Origin: Azolla caroliniana
Lineage: Eukaryota > Plantae > Polypodiophyta
Reading direction: 5' to 3'
Assembly: GCA_043228905.1 (NCBI GenBank)
Contig: JBHGNT010000003.1
Span: 16,492,001 to 16,556,000, forward strand
DNA: 64,000 bases
Shown: positions 13,731-24,750 of the stretch, in pieces
Layout of the letters: every line of letters begins with the position of its first letter
Position numbering within the stretch: the stretch's first letter is position 1
The notes under the pieces: generated by a model
The model's database searches: none
Seen by the model: the letters and a program-made list of their open reading frames with translations, nothing else
Told to the model about the DNA's origin: nothing
Made by a program: the position numbers and the translations under genes

Positions 13731-13914
13731 CTATGTACATGATGGATGTATCTATGTACATACATATAACAATAAATACAGCGAAATATGTACATACAAT
13801 ATGCATAAGAAGCCCTTCTTCTAATACACAAGGTAACGAACAATCGCGACTCCAAAGACAACACACAATCCAAAATAAATATGTAAAATGTAGCAGAAGA
13901 AGGCTACTAATTAA

Positions 13915-14367
13915 TTAATAATGGTGAGCAGAGCCTGCATGGTCATGGTCATGGTCATGGTCATCAACATCATACATAGTGTCCCGACGGGCGTCAACCG
14001 CCTCCACATTGGAAGGCTGGACGTCGCACCACTGCAACAATGTGTGAGGCTTTATGAGGTCGCCGTCCTCCATGTATCTGCATATGAAGAGCTTCGCACG
14101 GGGGATGAGGTGATGTGGCCTTGAATCCACACCAACCATACACAGAAGGCTCTGGAGCCCACGGAGTTGGGGCGGCAGATACTGCGCAGCTCGGAAGAAT
14201 GTGATGTAGGCGGAGCAAATGGGGTCGTGCGTGTTCACGTACAGGCTCGGCCTCCACGATCTCAGCGACTCAAACTGTTTCCTCTCTTCTTCCACTACCT
14301 CTGCCGCTTGCGTCAGGGAGCTCAATGTCCGAGAGGCGAGCTCGTGTAAGAACTCCACTGTAGGGAT
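13915..14367 (-). CDS. 3' end (about 150 codons) of an unidentified non-retroelement gene, fused to truncated copia RT; ends in a DH-repeat tail
   Basis: Stop-free GC-rich frame IPTVEFLHELASR...DDHDHDHDHAGSAHHY*, no TE motifs, followed by a T-rich, TGTA-rich plant-like 3' UTR (13731-13914). Confidence 0.55.
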   Translation of the reverse strand: MPTVEFLHELASRTLSSLTQAAEVVEEERKQFESLRSWRPSLYVNTHDPICSAYITFFRAAQYLPPQLRGLQSLLCMVGVDSRPHHLIPRAKLFICRYMEDGDLIKPHTLLQWCDVQPSNVEAVDARRDTMYDVDDHDHDHDHAGSAHHY

Positions 14368-17300
14368 TTGAACTTCTTCACAAACACACAGTGATCGGCC
14401 TGCATCTTGTGGTACCCTTGATCGGCCATGAAGGAGTCGAACTTCCGGTACCATTGTCGGGGAGCCTGTTTCTGTCCGTACAGGCTCTTCTTCAATCGGC
14501 AAACCAGGCGCTCCTTCCCTTTCTCCACGAATCCTTCCGGTTGCTACATGTAGATCTCCTCTTCGAGGTCACAGTAAAGGAATGTCGTCTTCACGTCCAG
14601 CTGCTCTACCTCGAGGTCTATGCTTGCCGTTATACTCAGCACCGTCAGGATGGAGGTCATCTTTACTACCGGGGCAAATATCTCGTCGAAGTCCACGCCC
14701 TTCTTTTGTTGGAACCCCTTGACCACGATCCTAGCTTTGTATCTCGGGGATTGCCGGCATCTCCCGGTTTCAACTTGTACACCCACTTGTTTCGGAGTGC
14801 CCTCTTTCCTTTTGGCAACTCCACCAATTCATACGTATGGTTCTCATGCAGGGAGTCCATCTCATCCTGCATGGCACTTAACCATTTGCGGCTATGGGCG
14901 TCACTTTTAGCTTCCTCGAAGCTTTCTGGCTCCCCCTCATCGGTCAACAGCACATGCTCTGCATCCGGAAATCTCTGGGGGGCCCCTCTCTCTCTGAGAG
15001 GATATCTCCGTCTTTGGGCTTCGGTAACCGGCTCCTCCATTTGCTCTTCATCCGAATCCGATTCGGGGTCTTGGCCGGTTCCGGTTTCAGCTTCCTCTAC
15101 TTCTTCTTTTGCCGGTTCGGTATCCTCACCGTAACCGGCTGGTTCCTCGAGTGCTAACCGGTCTCTTGCCGGTTGGGTCTGCTCATCGGAGAATCGATCC
15201 TTACCGGTTGACTCGGAGTTCATTATCTTCTTCTCCGACTCCCAGTCGGCGAGCGTCTTGTCCTCCATGAAGATAATATCTCGACTCCGGAATACCTTCT
15301 TGTCGACCAGGTCCCACACTCGGTAGCCGAACTCATCGTCGCCTCAACCGAGGAATATGCATGGCCGGGTCTTTGGATCCAACTTTCCTCTTCGGTCCTT
15401 AGCAACATGCACGTACGCAAGACACCCGAATACTTTCAGATGACGGTAAGCCACTTCCTTACCGGTCCAAACTCTCTGTGGCGTGTCTCCGTCCAAGGGT
15501 ACTGAGGGTGATCTGTTTATCACATATGTCGCCGTCGACAGTGCCTCAACCCAAAACTTCTTGGGTAGTTTTGCATGCGCCAGCATACTCCAGACCCTTT
15601 CCATTATGGTCCGGTTCATCCTCTCGGCCAGCCCGTTTAGTTCCGGCGTCTTCGGCATGGTAAATTCGAGCCGGATTCCCTTCGAGCGATAGTACTCTTC
15701 GAACTGCCCCCGTCATTCACCTCCGTTATCTGCTCGAACCGCCTTCAGCTTCCGGCCGGTTTCTCTTTCCACTCTCGCGTGGAGCTCTTTGAAGACGGAC
15801 AACACTTGATCCTTCGTCTTCAACGGTGTGGCCCACAGCTTCCGGCTGTGGTCATCTATGAACGTCACGAAGTACTGCGATCCGGCAGGTGACTTCGTGT
15901 CCACTTGACATACATCAGCATGCACCAACTCCAATGGTGCATTACGTCTCATCGGTGACCTCGATCGGAAGGAGGTCCGGTTTTGTTTACCGGCCAGACA
16001 ATCAGAGCACTTCTCCAAGTGCACGTTCTTCACTGGAATGAGGTTGTCGTCTGCAAGCCTCTTCATCCCGTTCTCCCTCATGTGACACAGCCTTTTGTGC
16101 CACAGCTCACCGGCAGTGTCGGATGCCACGTTCACTTCCTCCGGACATAACCGGGCATTCATCAGGTACAACGTGTTGACCTTCCGGGCCCGAGCCACAA
16201 TCAGGCTCCCTTTGCTGAACTTAATAACACCGTTCCGGATGCTATCCGTGTAGCCTTCATCATCTAGCCGACCGACTGATATCAGGTTCAGACAAACCTC
16301 CGGAACGTGTTGGACATCCTTCAGCAGCAACTTGCATCCGGTTGGTGTTGTCAGCCACATGTCTCCTATGCCGACAATTCGGCATGTACCTTCATTCCCC
16401 ATCCGGACACAGCCTTGATCACCGGCTGAGTAGGATGAGAAGCATTTCCGGTCCGGGGTAAGGTGGAACGACGCTCCGGAGTCGACCACCCAGGTCATCT
16501 CGTCGTCGGCAAGGTTTATCTCACTCTCCTCGGTGATGAGCATAAACTCTTCTTCACTTGCCGTGATTGCCGTCGTTCCCTTCCGGTTCGTTCCCCTCCG
16601 ATCTTTACCGTTCAGATCCGGTGTCCGCTTCGAATCGATACCGTCGGTTTCCTTGTCTTTTCGGAAATGCCGACAGTTCTTCTAGAAATGTCCTGGCTTG
16701 CCGCAAAAGAAGCAAGTAGGCCTCCCCCTTGACTTTGACCGTGTCCCCGACTTCTCCCGGTTCTAGGGACTACGGTTCCTTTGTCTTCCGCGTTCCGATT
16801 CGGTAAGGAGCGCTTTGGAGTCAGAGCTCGTATCCTTATCTTTCCGACGCACCTCCTCATCTAGCAAGCTCAACTTCACTCTTGCTACGGATAATTGTTT
16901 CCCTTCCGGCCCAACGTTGCCCAAAGTGACAACCAATGTCTCCCAGCTATCCGAGAGGGAATCGAGCAGAAGTAGCGCTAGTACCTCATCGGCGAGAGGT
17001 ACTTCCAATGATGTTTCCTGGTGTATCAGCCCCTGGAAGGCATTCATGTGCTCCGCCATGGTGGAGCCATCTTGGTACCGGAGTCTTACTAGTTTCCGGA
17101 ATACCGAAACCTGGTTAACAGCATTTTTGTTCCGAAACATAATGCCGATCTTTTGCCAGAGCTCATGAGCCTTGCTCTCTTCATTGAAGTTGTTGTACAG
17201 GCTCAAGTCGATGAAGCACTGTATGTAAGCCGTTGTCTTCATGTGCATCACCTCCCATATCGTGGCGTCGATTTTGTCCGGTCTCCTGTCCCCGACCTGA

Positions 17301-17991
17301 ACCGGCAACCAAAGATCTTTAACCACGAGCATGTCCCTCATCTTCGACTTCCACACGGAATAGTTGGAGCCGGTGAGCTTGAACATGCCGCCCAACGATT
17401 CGATACCACTTTGATAGGAACTACACGCTCCCAATGAACAACGCTCGGCCACAACTGAGCTTAGGATCAAACACAGAAAATAGGGAATGAAAGCACGACA
17501 CAATGGAGAGAGGAGTACACAGGATGTTTACGTGGAAAACCCAAACACGGGAAAAACCACGGCAGTCCACTGACTGCTAACTATCACTATGTAACGATGT
17601 ACAATAGATGAACACAGAGGCAACGACCTCTTGTTCACTGTCTTCGTGAAGGCGGCGGTTACAACAGAGATACGAACTGTTCGTCTCTTTCTCTCTCTCT
17701 CTCTGTACACTGTTTCGCTCTAATCTTGCACCCACAAGAATGACAACACACTTTACTACTAAGTTTGCCCTAAGTCATATTTATACTAATATGACTTTTC
17801 AGCTATTTACAAATATAGTCCCGATGGACTCTCAGAAAACATATTTACGAATATGTTCCTTCATTCGGTGAGCACTTCTCACCGGGTCTTCACCATCCGG
17901 CTCTTGCCGGGTACTCCTCATCCGGTTCTCACCGGGTCTTCCGTAGCCGGGTACTCCTCACTTGCCATCCGGAGGGACCAGTTTCCTAACA
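14368..17991 (-). mobile_element. Tnt1-like copia element E (5' LTR 17412-17991, gag-PR-INT-RT, truncated in RT)
   Basis: LTR TGTTAGG...CTATCA on the minus strand. Gag LTGSNYSVWK, WVVDSGASFH, LKAVRADNGGE, TPELNGLAERMN, RT KSLYGQKQAPRQWY...DHCVFVKKF. Few lesions. Confidence 0.93.
15713..16543 (-). pseudogene. Copia protease, GAG-pre-integrase and integrase N-half (element E)
   Basis: DSGASFH, LWHKRLCH..C..C, YFVTFIDD, RADNGGE. Confidence 0.92.
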
Positions 17992-19654
17992 GCTCGGACA
18001 TGGATACTAGAGTTATGTTGAAGGAACGAATGAAGTAGCGTCAGAGCTGGCACACAAGGACATCCCGTCATTGGAGCCAGGAACGAGCAGAGTGTTGTAA
18101 TGCCTCGTATCCAATGTGCATGACCAGATGCTCGGCTACATCAGGGATGCAAAAACGCCAAAAGAAGCTTGGGAGAATCTGAAAATGATTTTCACGACAA
18201 TCACGACGGCTCTAAAGTTGGAGCCCCGACAAGAGCTACACAACATTCGACAAAGAGACATGTTGGTTACCGAATATAACACTAAGATAAAGGAGATTTA
18301 CAACGCATTAGGGTACATCAATGTGACGGTGGAAGAAGACGAGATGATCCAGATCTGCCTCGGTGGTCTAGCACAATAGTATGGGCCAATCTGGATAGCG
18401 ATATGCTCTCGGGAGAAGCCACCGTCCTTGTTTGACCTGCAATCGATGTTGATGGTCGAAGAAAACCACGCGAATGGGTCGAGGACCACGCAACTGGACA
18501 ACCGGATGTTGTACACGAAGGTGGATCGGCCGGGAAGAGCAGAACCAAAGGCAGAAAGATAGTGCCAACAACAATTCCGGAACCTCCACAAGCAAGGGGA
18601 GTTAAGGTGATGCCGATAACAGGCAATCTAAAGCCAACATGGAATGTTGGTATTGTGGCAAGAAAGGCCATCGGGAGAGCGAGTGCTGGAAGAAGTGCAT
18701 CAATGCGGATAAATCTGGATTCGGTAAGGCCGGACAAGGAAATCGGCAAAGCTCGCTCTACGCAGAAGGATCAGAAGGATCCAGAACCAAAAAAATTGGA
18801 AAAGGGCTAGCCATTGACATTAAGCACAAGGCAAACTCGATGAAGAAGACCACTTCCGGATCAAAGGAAGTGTGGTACATTGACTCCGGAGCTTCAAACC
18901 CCATGACGAGCCATGAAGAGTGGTTCTCATATCTGGAAAAACCGGAGCAACCAGGAGTTGTCCAAACCGGAGACGACACCCCTCACTTCATCGAGCTATC
19001 ACAGACACACCAACCCTAGACTACAACATAGCACAAATGACGAGGGTATGATTGATAAGGTTACGAACATGGAACTAAACGTGATGAGGCTAGAAACTCG
19101 GGAAGTATGGAGTGACGAGATGAGGAACTTAAGACGTTAGGAACAATAAAAGAGCATAAAGACAAATATGTAAATGAAGGAGAGAAGATGGGGTTAAAGA
19201 AGAATACTAGATTGATGTGTCAATGACTGGCGTTGAATCCCTTGAAAGGAGTTAAGAAGGTTAGAAGTATTTATACTGCGAGTTGAAGTATATGCATTAG
19301 AATATTCTCAAGAATATTTGGGAGAATATTCTAGAACCCTATAGTTTTAGAACTTTCTAAAAATTCCTACAACTTCCAATAGATAATCTAGTAATAATAT
19401 ACTAAGATATACATAACCTGACTATGTATTTAGATGTGTTGATTAGAACATAACACTTTACTATATACAAGAGGTGAAGAGTTCGAATCTTGACATGACT
19501 GTTGTCATGTCCGTGACGTTATCCTCCCCTTTACGACTGCCTTTTCGGAAGCGTGGCAGTCATGTCCGTGACAATGTCCTCCCCTTTACGGCCGCCTTTT
19601 CGGAAGCGTGGTGTAGGGAAGAGCTTAAAGAGAAAACCAAAGTAGGTTGAGGAG

Positions 19655-20105
19655 TGGCTGACCATGTGTGGTCCTCACCGGAGACACGAACAACAACGGG
19701 CATGAGCGACCATGTGTGGTCCTCACTGGGAACTGGAACACGACCGGGCGTGAGCGACCTTGTTCGGTCCTCACCGGAGACATGAACACCAACAGGGGTG
19801 AGCGACCATGTGCAGTCCTCACCGGAGACACGAACACCAACGGACGTGGGCAACCATGTGTGGTCCTCACCAACACCAACGGGCGTGAGTGACATTGTGT
19901 GGTCCTCACCGGAGACGTGGCCACGATCGGGCATGAACGACCATGTGCGGTCCTCACCAAGAACTAGGACACCAACGAATGTGAGCGACCATGTGCGGTC
20001 CTCACCGGGAACACAAACACCAACGGACGTGAGTGACCATGTGCGGTCCTCACCGAAACTGGGACACCAACGGGTATGAGCGACCATGTGCGGTCCTCAC
20101 CGGAG
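19655..20105. repeat. Ten-unit 48-bp tandem array inside G
   Basis: GTCCTCAC core at 19671, 19719, 19767, 19815, 19863, 19902, 19950, 19998, 20046, 20093 (one unit 9 bp short, one 1 bp short). Confidence 0.92.
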
Positions 20106-20767
20106 GCTGGGACACTTGACATCGATGAAGGCCAGGCAAAGTAGTGTTGATGACGACACCAAGAGGTGTTGATGATGATGATGTCGAAGATAAAGCAATG
20201 AAGACAATGAAGTTGAGGAAGCGTTTCTGGAGGCAATGACTGTGACTATGGCAATGATGGAAACAGAGAAATAGATGAAGAGGATAAGAAACACAACGAT
20301 CAAGACGTTGAGGATAAAAAGAAATACAAAGATAGAGATATAAGGGATGATAGAAAACACAGTGACAGGGACGAAGATTATAAGAAATACATAGATAGGG
20401 ATGATGATGATAAAAAACACATAGATAGAGATGAAAACGGTAGGAAACACAAGAAGAAGGATGATAATGACAAAAAACATAGAGATAGGGATGTGGAAGA
20501 TAATAAGAAGCGCAAAAGGTAGGGATGATGATGATAAGAAACACAGAGATAGATATGTGGAGGATGAGAAGAAACTAAAAAATAAAGACGATGATGAGGA
20601 GAAACTAAAAGATAGAGACAAAGATGAGAAGAAACTATGAGATAGAGATGGCCAAGAAAATAGGAAACGAATGGATGTTGATGACGGTAACTCTGGAATC
20701 AAGGATGGTGACGATGGTAACTCTAGAAGCAAGGGCAATGATGAAGACGGGCGATGCTTCTTGTTGG

Positions 20768-20778
20768 AAGGGATTCAA
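20768..20778 (-). promoter_or_regulatory. Self-complementary primer-binding site of G (TTGAATCCCTT)
   Basis: 2 nt inside the 5' LTR; exact reverse complement of LTR segment 19233-19243, which lies 24 nt downstream of a minus-strand TATAAATA (19268-19275). Confidence 0.7.
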
Positions 20779-22096
20779 ACTGTCACGGACACACCAACCC
20801 TAGACTACCACAAAGCACAAATGACGAGACTATGATTGATAAGGTTACGAACGTTGTCGTGCCTTTCGGCTCCGGATCGTTGCGTGAGTCGGGTGGGAAC
20901 CACCGAGGTTTTGGACTAGGAGGAAGGAAAATATAAATAAGGCTAGTGAAGAATAGGTATAAAGAGTTATAAGATAAGAATCTCGTGAATCCCACGAGTT
21001 TAGTATATTTAGTCAATATTTAGGTAGTAAGAGAAAATTATTTTAGCAAATTCGTGAATCCCACGAATATTTTAGATTGATTGATCATTATAGAAAAATA
21101 ATCAACAAAAACTACAATGTGCTCCCCATCCTTATATAGTGATGGGAGAGACTAAGCATAACTACATGCTTTTTCTAATATGTTCATGCACACTAAATGT
21201 GCATGTGATGCTTTTCTAATCCTTGCTTTTATTTGCTAAATATAGTGCTCATGCACGCTAGATGTGCATGAGTCACTTTTTTAGTTGCTTGCGTTTTTCC
21301 TATAAAATATTCACGCACTCTAAAAATGCATGATTTACCTTTTAATAAAGGTAGGCGTAAATAAAGGAGTTATAGTTATTAAATCTATTTGTAGAACACT
21401 AAAGATAAGGTAGCATAATGGTAAAGTTGAGATTTGGCTACGTGGAGGTACAAGGTTCAAATCTTGCCCTATGCACGTGATAAATATCTTGATATTCTTA
21501 TTTTATTTATTGGTGATAAATATCGTAATATTCTTATTTTATTTATTTATATGTAATTAAATCGGTTATATTATTTTTACTTTTTCACGTAGTGTACGAA
21601 ATACACTACGACACTCGCCCCCTCCGAACCCGCACATCCTCCGGTATGTGCCGAAGTTGCCGATGCTCGTTGTCTCCCCTTCATCCTCCGTTTGTCCCGC
21701 TATGTCAACTTTGTCTCTCCATTTTGAGTAGACCCATTCTTTCCACCCGAACCATTGTCGCCATCCGATCCACCATATTCTTTGTTCTCTCTCGTCATAT
21801 TCTTGGCCCTTGTCATTCGTGGTAGTGTCTTTTACTGGCCTCTTTGTTGTCTTCATCAACCTTGACTTTTTTCCGGATCGCTCTCGTCCGATCGACTTTT
21901 GGTTTGATCGGCTTCTGATCGGATTCGTATTCGGCCAAATCGGAATCGGTTGTTCGGTTTCGATTGAGTCGGTCCCCTTCCGGTCCGGTTTCGATCTATC
22001 GGTTTTGGTTTCGGTTGGCTTTCTTTTCCTCGTTTTCACCAGCCTCGACCGGTCCAACCTACGATTGAGTCGGATTAGCTTCTTCCCGGATCGGTC

Positions 22097-23662
22097 TCAT
22101 CCGATTGGCTTTCGGCTAGGTCGGCTTCCATCCATATTTGCGTTCGGCCAAGTCAGACTCGGTCGATCGGTTTTGACCGAGTCGACCCCTTTTCGGGTCG
22201 GCTTTCTTTCGGGTCGTCTTTCGGCCGAATCCTCATTCGCCCGGTTCGGCTTTCGTTTGTGTCTTCTTTCGGCCGAATTCTCTTCCTTTCGGTTCGGCTT
22301 TCTTTCGGGTCGACTTTCGGTCGAATCCTCTTTTACCCGGTTCGGCTTTCTTTCGGATCGGAATCCCGTCCGGATCACCTTCCATCCTAACTGGCTTCCG
22401 ACTTTACCTTTCTTGCCGCCACCTCCCGTCTCTCCGGTCTCACGTTGCTTCTCAGACACAACCGCCGAAGTCTCTAGAATTAGTGGGTAGGAATCCTCGG
22501 TATTATCATCCTCTGTCATTTCAACCATAGCCTCCTTCTCGGCTATCTCTCCGTCGTATGAATCGGCTTCGACCTTTGTTTTCTCTCCACCACCTTCCGT
22601 CTCTTCGGTCTCACGTTGCCTTTCGAACGCAACCGCCGGAGTCTCTGGAATCAGTGGTGGAGAAATCTCGATATGGCCATCCGCCATTGATTCGTCCATA
22701 GCCACCTTCGATTCGATGTCATCTTTCTTGGTGACCTCCTCAATCAAGTCCTCCTTGCTCTCTTTCACTGCATCAATTATGCAAACATCAATTATGCTTA
22801 CCCCTTTTTCACCCGATGTTTCGGACACTTGTATTCCGAAATCTTCTTCTACACTTGGGTTATCGGCCTTATCCTTCGCCGTCTTTCTTTCGCAAGACAA
22901 GAGGGTAGCTTGTTTTACACCCTCTTCCGTCGCACCATCATGTTGTATTTCGGCCTTCATATCGGCTCCATCGTTTGTCTTCAATCGACCATCCTTCATC
23001 GGCCATGTCGTTGACAAGATTCTCATCTTCCTCTCATCATGTCTCCGGCATACCCTTTGGACTTCGGCCCAATCTTCGGTAAGACCATTCGTACCTTCAT
23101 CGTCTTCGAGTTCGATCCCGATGTCCATCCTTTCTTTTCGATCGATCGATTTTACGAACATTAGGACTTTATCCTCTCCCACCAATCGTTGTTCCCGCTC
23201 CGAGAGTCGAGCAAAACGATGCTCGAACTCTAGGAATGCTTGTGTTGCACTTCGGTGGGTCTTCTCCGATGCCACCCATTCGTCGAATTCTCGCCGATCT
23301 TGTCCCTTCGATCTCTTGTAATCATATGACTCTCGTAAAGCTTCTTCGAATGACCCCCATGTCGAGTTTTGTTGCCGTATCTTGTGGATTCTCTCTTGTA
23401 GCTCATCCGTGGCTACCCGACTGAAGGATGTCACTTGCAATCCTTCCGGTATCCCACATCGTATCATCTCCGCCTTGTAGTCACGTAGATAGCGTGACAC
23501 ATCGTTTCCGTTGAATTGTCCGTTTCGTTGTACGAGCCGCTTTACTGCCCCCGTGATCTCCGACATCACTCGTTGTTCTTGTAGCATCCGCTCGAACATC
23601 ATCATCATTGTTATACTCATTGCCTCTTGTTGATTCTCCATCCCCTTGCCACCCGTCTTCAC
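22097..23662 (-). CDS. Gag-like protein with acidic linker and basic repetitive C-terminus (element H1)
   Basis: Intact 521-codon ORF; N-terminal about 230 aa align with H2 gag (NGQFNG.DVSRYLRDYKAEM.RCGI.EGLQVTSF.RVATD); no pol. Confidence 0.82.
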   Translation of the reverse strand: MKTGGKGMENQQEAMSITMMMMFERMLQEQRVMSEITGAVKRLVQRNGQFNGNDVSRYLRDYKAEMIRCGIPEGLQVTSFSRVATDELQERIHKIRQQNSTWGSFEEALRESYDYKRSKGQDRREFDEWVASEKTHRSATQAFLEFEHRFARLSEREQRLVGEDKVLMFVKSIDRKERMDIGIELEDDEGTNGLTEDWAEVQRVCRRHDERKMRILSTTWPMKDGRLKTNDGADMKAEIQHDGATEEGVKQATLLSCERKTAKDKADNPSVEEDFGIQVSETSGEKGVSIIDVCIIDAVKESKEDLIEEVTKKDDIESKVAMDESMADGHIEISPPLIPETPAVAFERQRETEETEGGGEKTKVEADSYDGEIAEKEAMVEMTEDDNTEDSYPLILETSAVVSEKQRETGETGGGGKKGKVGSQLGWKVIRTGFRSERKPNRVKEDSTESRPERKPNRKEENSAERRHKRKPNRANEDSAERRPERKPTRKGVDSVKTDRPSLTWPNANMDGSRPSRKPIG

Positions 23663-23675
23663 GTCGGGTTCACCA
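23659..23675 (-). promoter_or_regulatory. PBS complementary to the tRNA-Trp 3' end (second copy at 58808-58824 in H2)
   Basis: The plus strand reads TCACGTCGGGTTCACCA, matching the eukaryotic cytosolic tRNA-Trp 3' end as I recall it; 4 nt from the LTR. Confidence 0.78.
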
Positions 23676-24750
23676 ACTGTGTCGTGCCTTTCGGCTCCGG
23701 ATCGTTGCGTGAGTCGGGTGGGAACCGCCGAGGTTTTGGACTAGGAGGAAGGAAAATATAAATAAGGCTAGTGAAGAATAGGTATAAAGAGTTATAAGAT
23801 AAGAATCTCGTGAATCCCACGAGTTTAGTATATTTAGTCAATATTTAGGTAGTAAGAGAAAATTATTTTAGCAAATTCGTGAATCCCACGAATATTTTAG
23901 ATTGATTGATCATTATAGAAAAATAATCAACAAAAACTACAATGTGCTCCCCATCCTTATATAGTGATGGGAGAGACTAAGCATAACTACATGCTTTTTC
24001 TAATATGTTCATGCACACTAAATGTGCATGTGATGCTTTTCTAATCCTTGCTTTTATTTGCTAAATATAGTGCTCATGCACGCTAGATGTGCATGAGTCA
24101 CTTTTTTAGTTGCTTGCGTTTTTCCTATAAAATATTCACGCACTCTAAAAATGCATGATTTACCTTTTAATAAAGGTAAGCGTAAATAAAGGAGTTATAG
24201 TTATTAAATCTATTTGTAGAACACTAAAGATAAGGTAGCATAATGGTAAAGTTGAGATTTGGCTACGTGGAGGTACAAGGTTCAAATCTTGCCTTATGCA
24301 CGTGATAAATATCTTGATATTCTTATTTTATTTATTGGTGATAAATATCTTAATATTCTTATTTTATTTATTTATATGTAATTAAATCGGTTATATTATT
24401 TTTACTTTTTCACGTAGTGTATGAAATACACTACGACAACGTGGAACTAGACGTGATGAGGTTAGAAACTCGGGAAGTTGGGAGCGATGAGATGAGGAAG
24501 TTAAGACACTAGGAACAATACAAGAGCATAAAGACGAAGATGTAAATAAAGGAGAGAAGATGGGGCTAAATAAGAATACTAGATTGAGGTGTCAATGACT
24601 GACGTTGATTCCCTTGAAAGGGACTAAGGAGGTTACAAGTATTTATACTACGGGTTGAAGTATATGCATTAGAATATTCTTGAGAATATTCTAGAAACTC
24701 CTACAACTTGAAATAGATAATCTAGTAATAATATAGTAAGATATACATAA

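Larger units (their letters stand above)
20855..24438 (-). mobile_element. Young gag-only non-autonomous gypsy-type element H1 (LTRs 20855-21613 and 23680-24438)
   Basis: Two 759-bp LTRs with about 5 differences by eye; 4-bp TSD ACGT; PBS TGGTGAACCCGACGTGA 23659-23675; shares termini, PBS and PPT with H2. Confidence 0.93.

Noticed and set aside
21405-21478. Functional tRNA genes in the H, J and G LTRs
   Set aside because: Acceptor and anticodon arms are irregular and differ among copies; no consistent anticodon can be assigned, so they are called tRNA-like only
21810-23321. Long plus-strand ORFs (226 aa and 201 aa), likewise 55686-56513, 35225-35983, 14391-15134 and 8307-9170
   Set aside because: Antisense shadows of TE coding or repetitive sequence with no independent motifs
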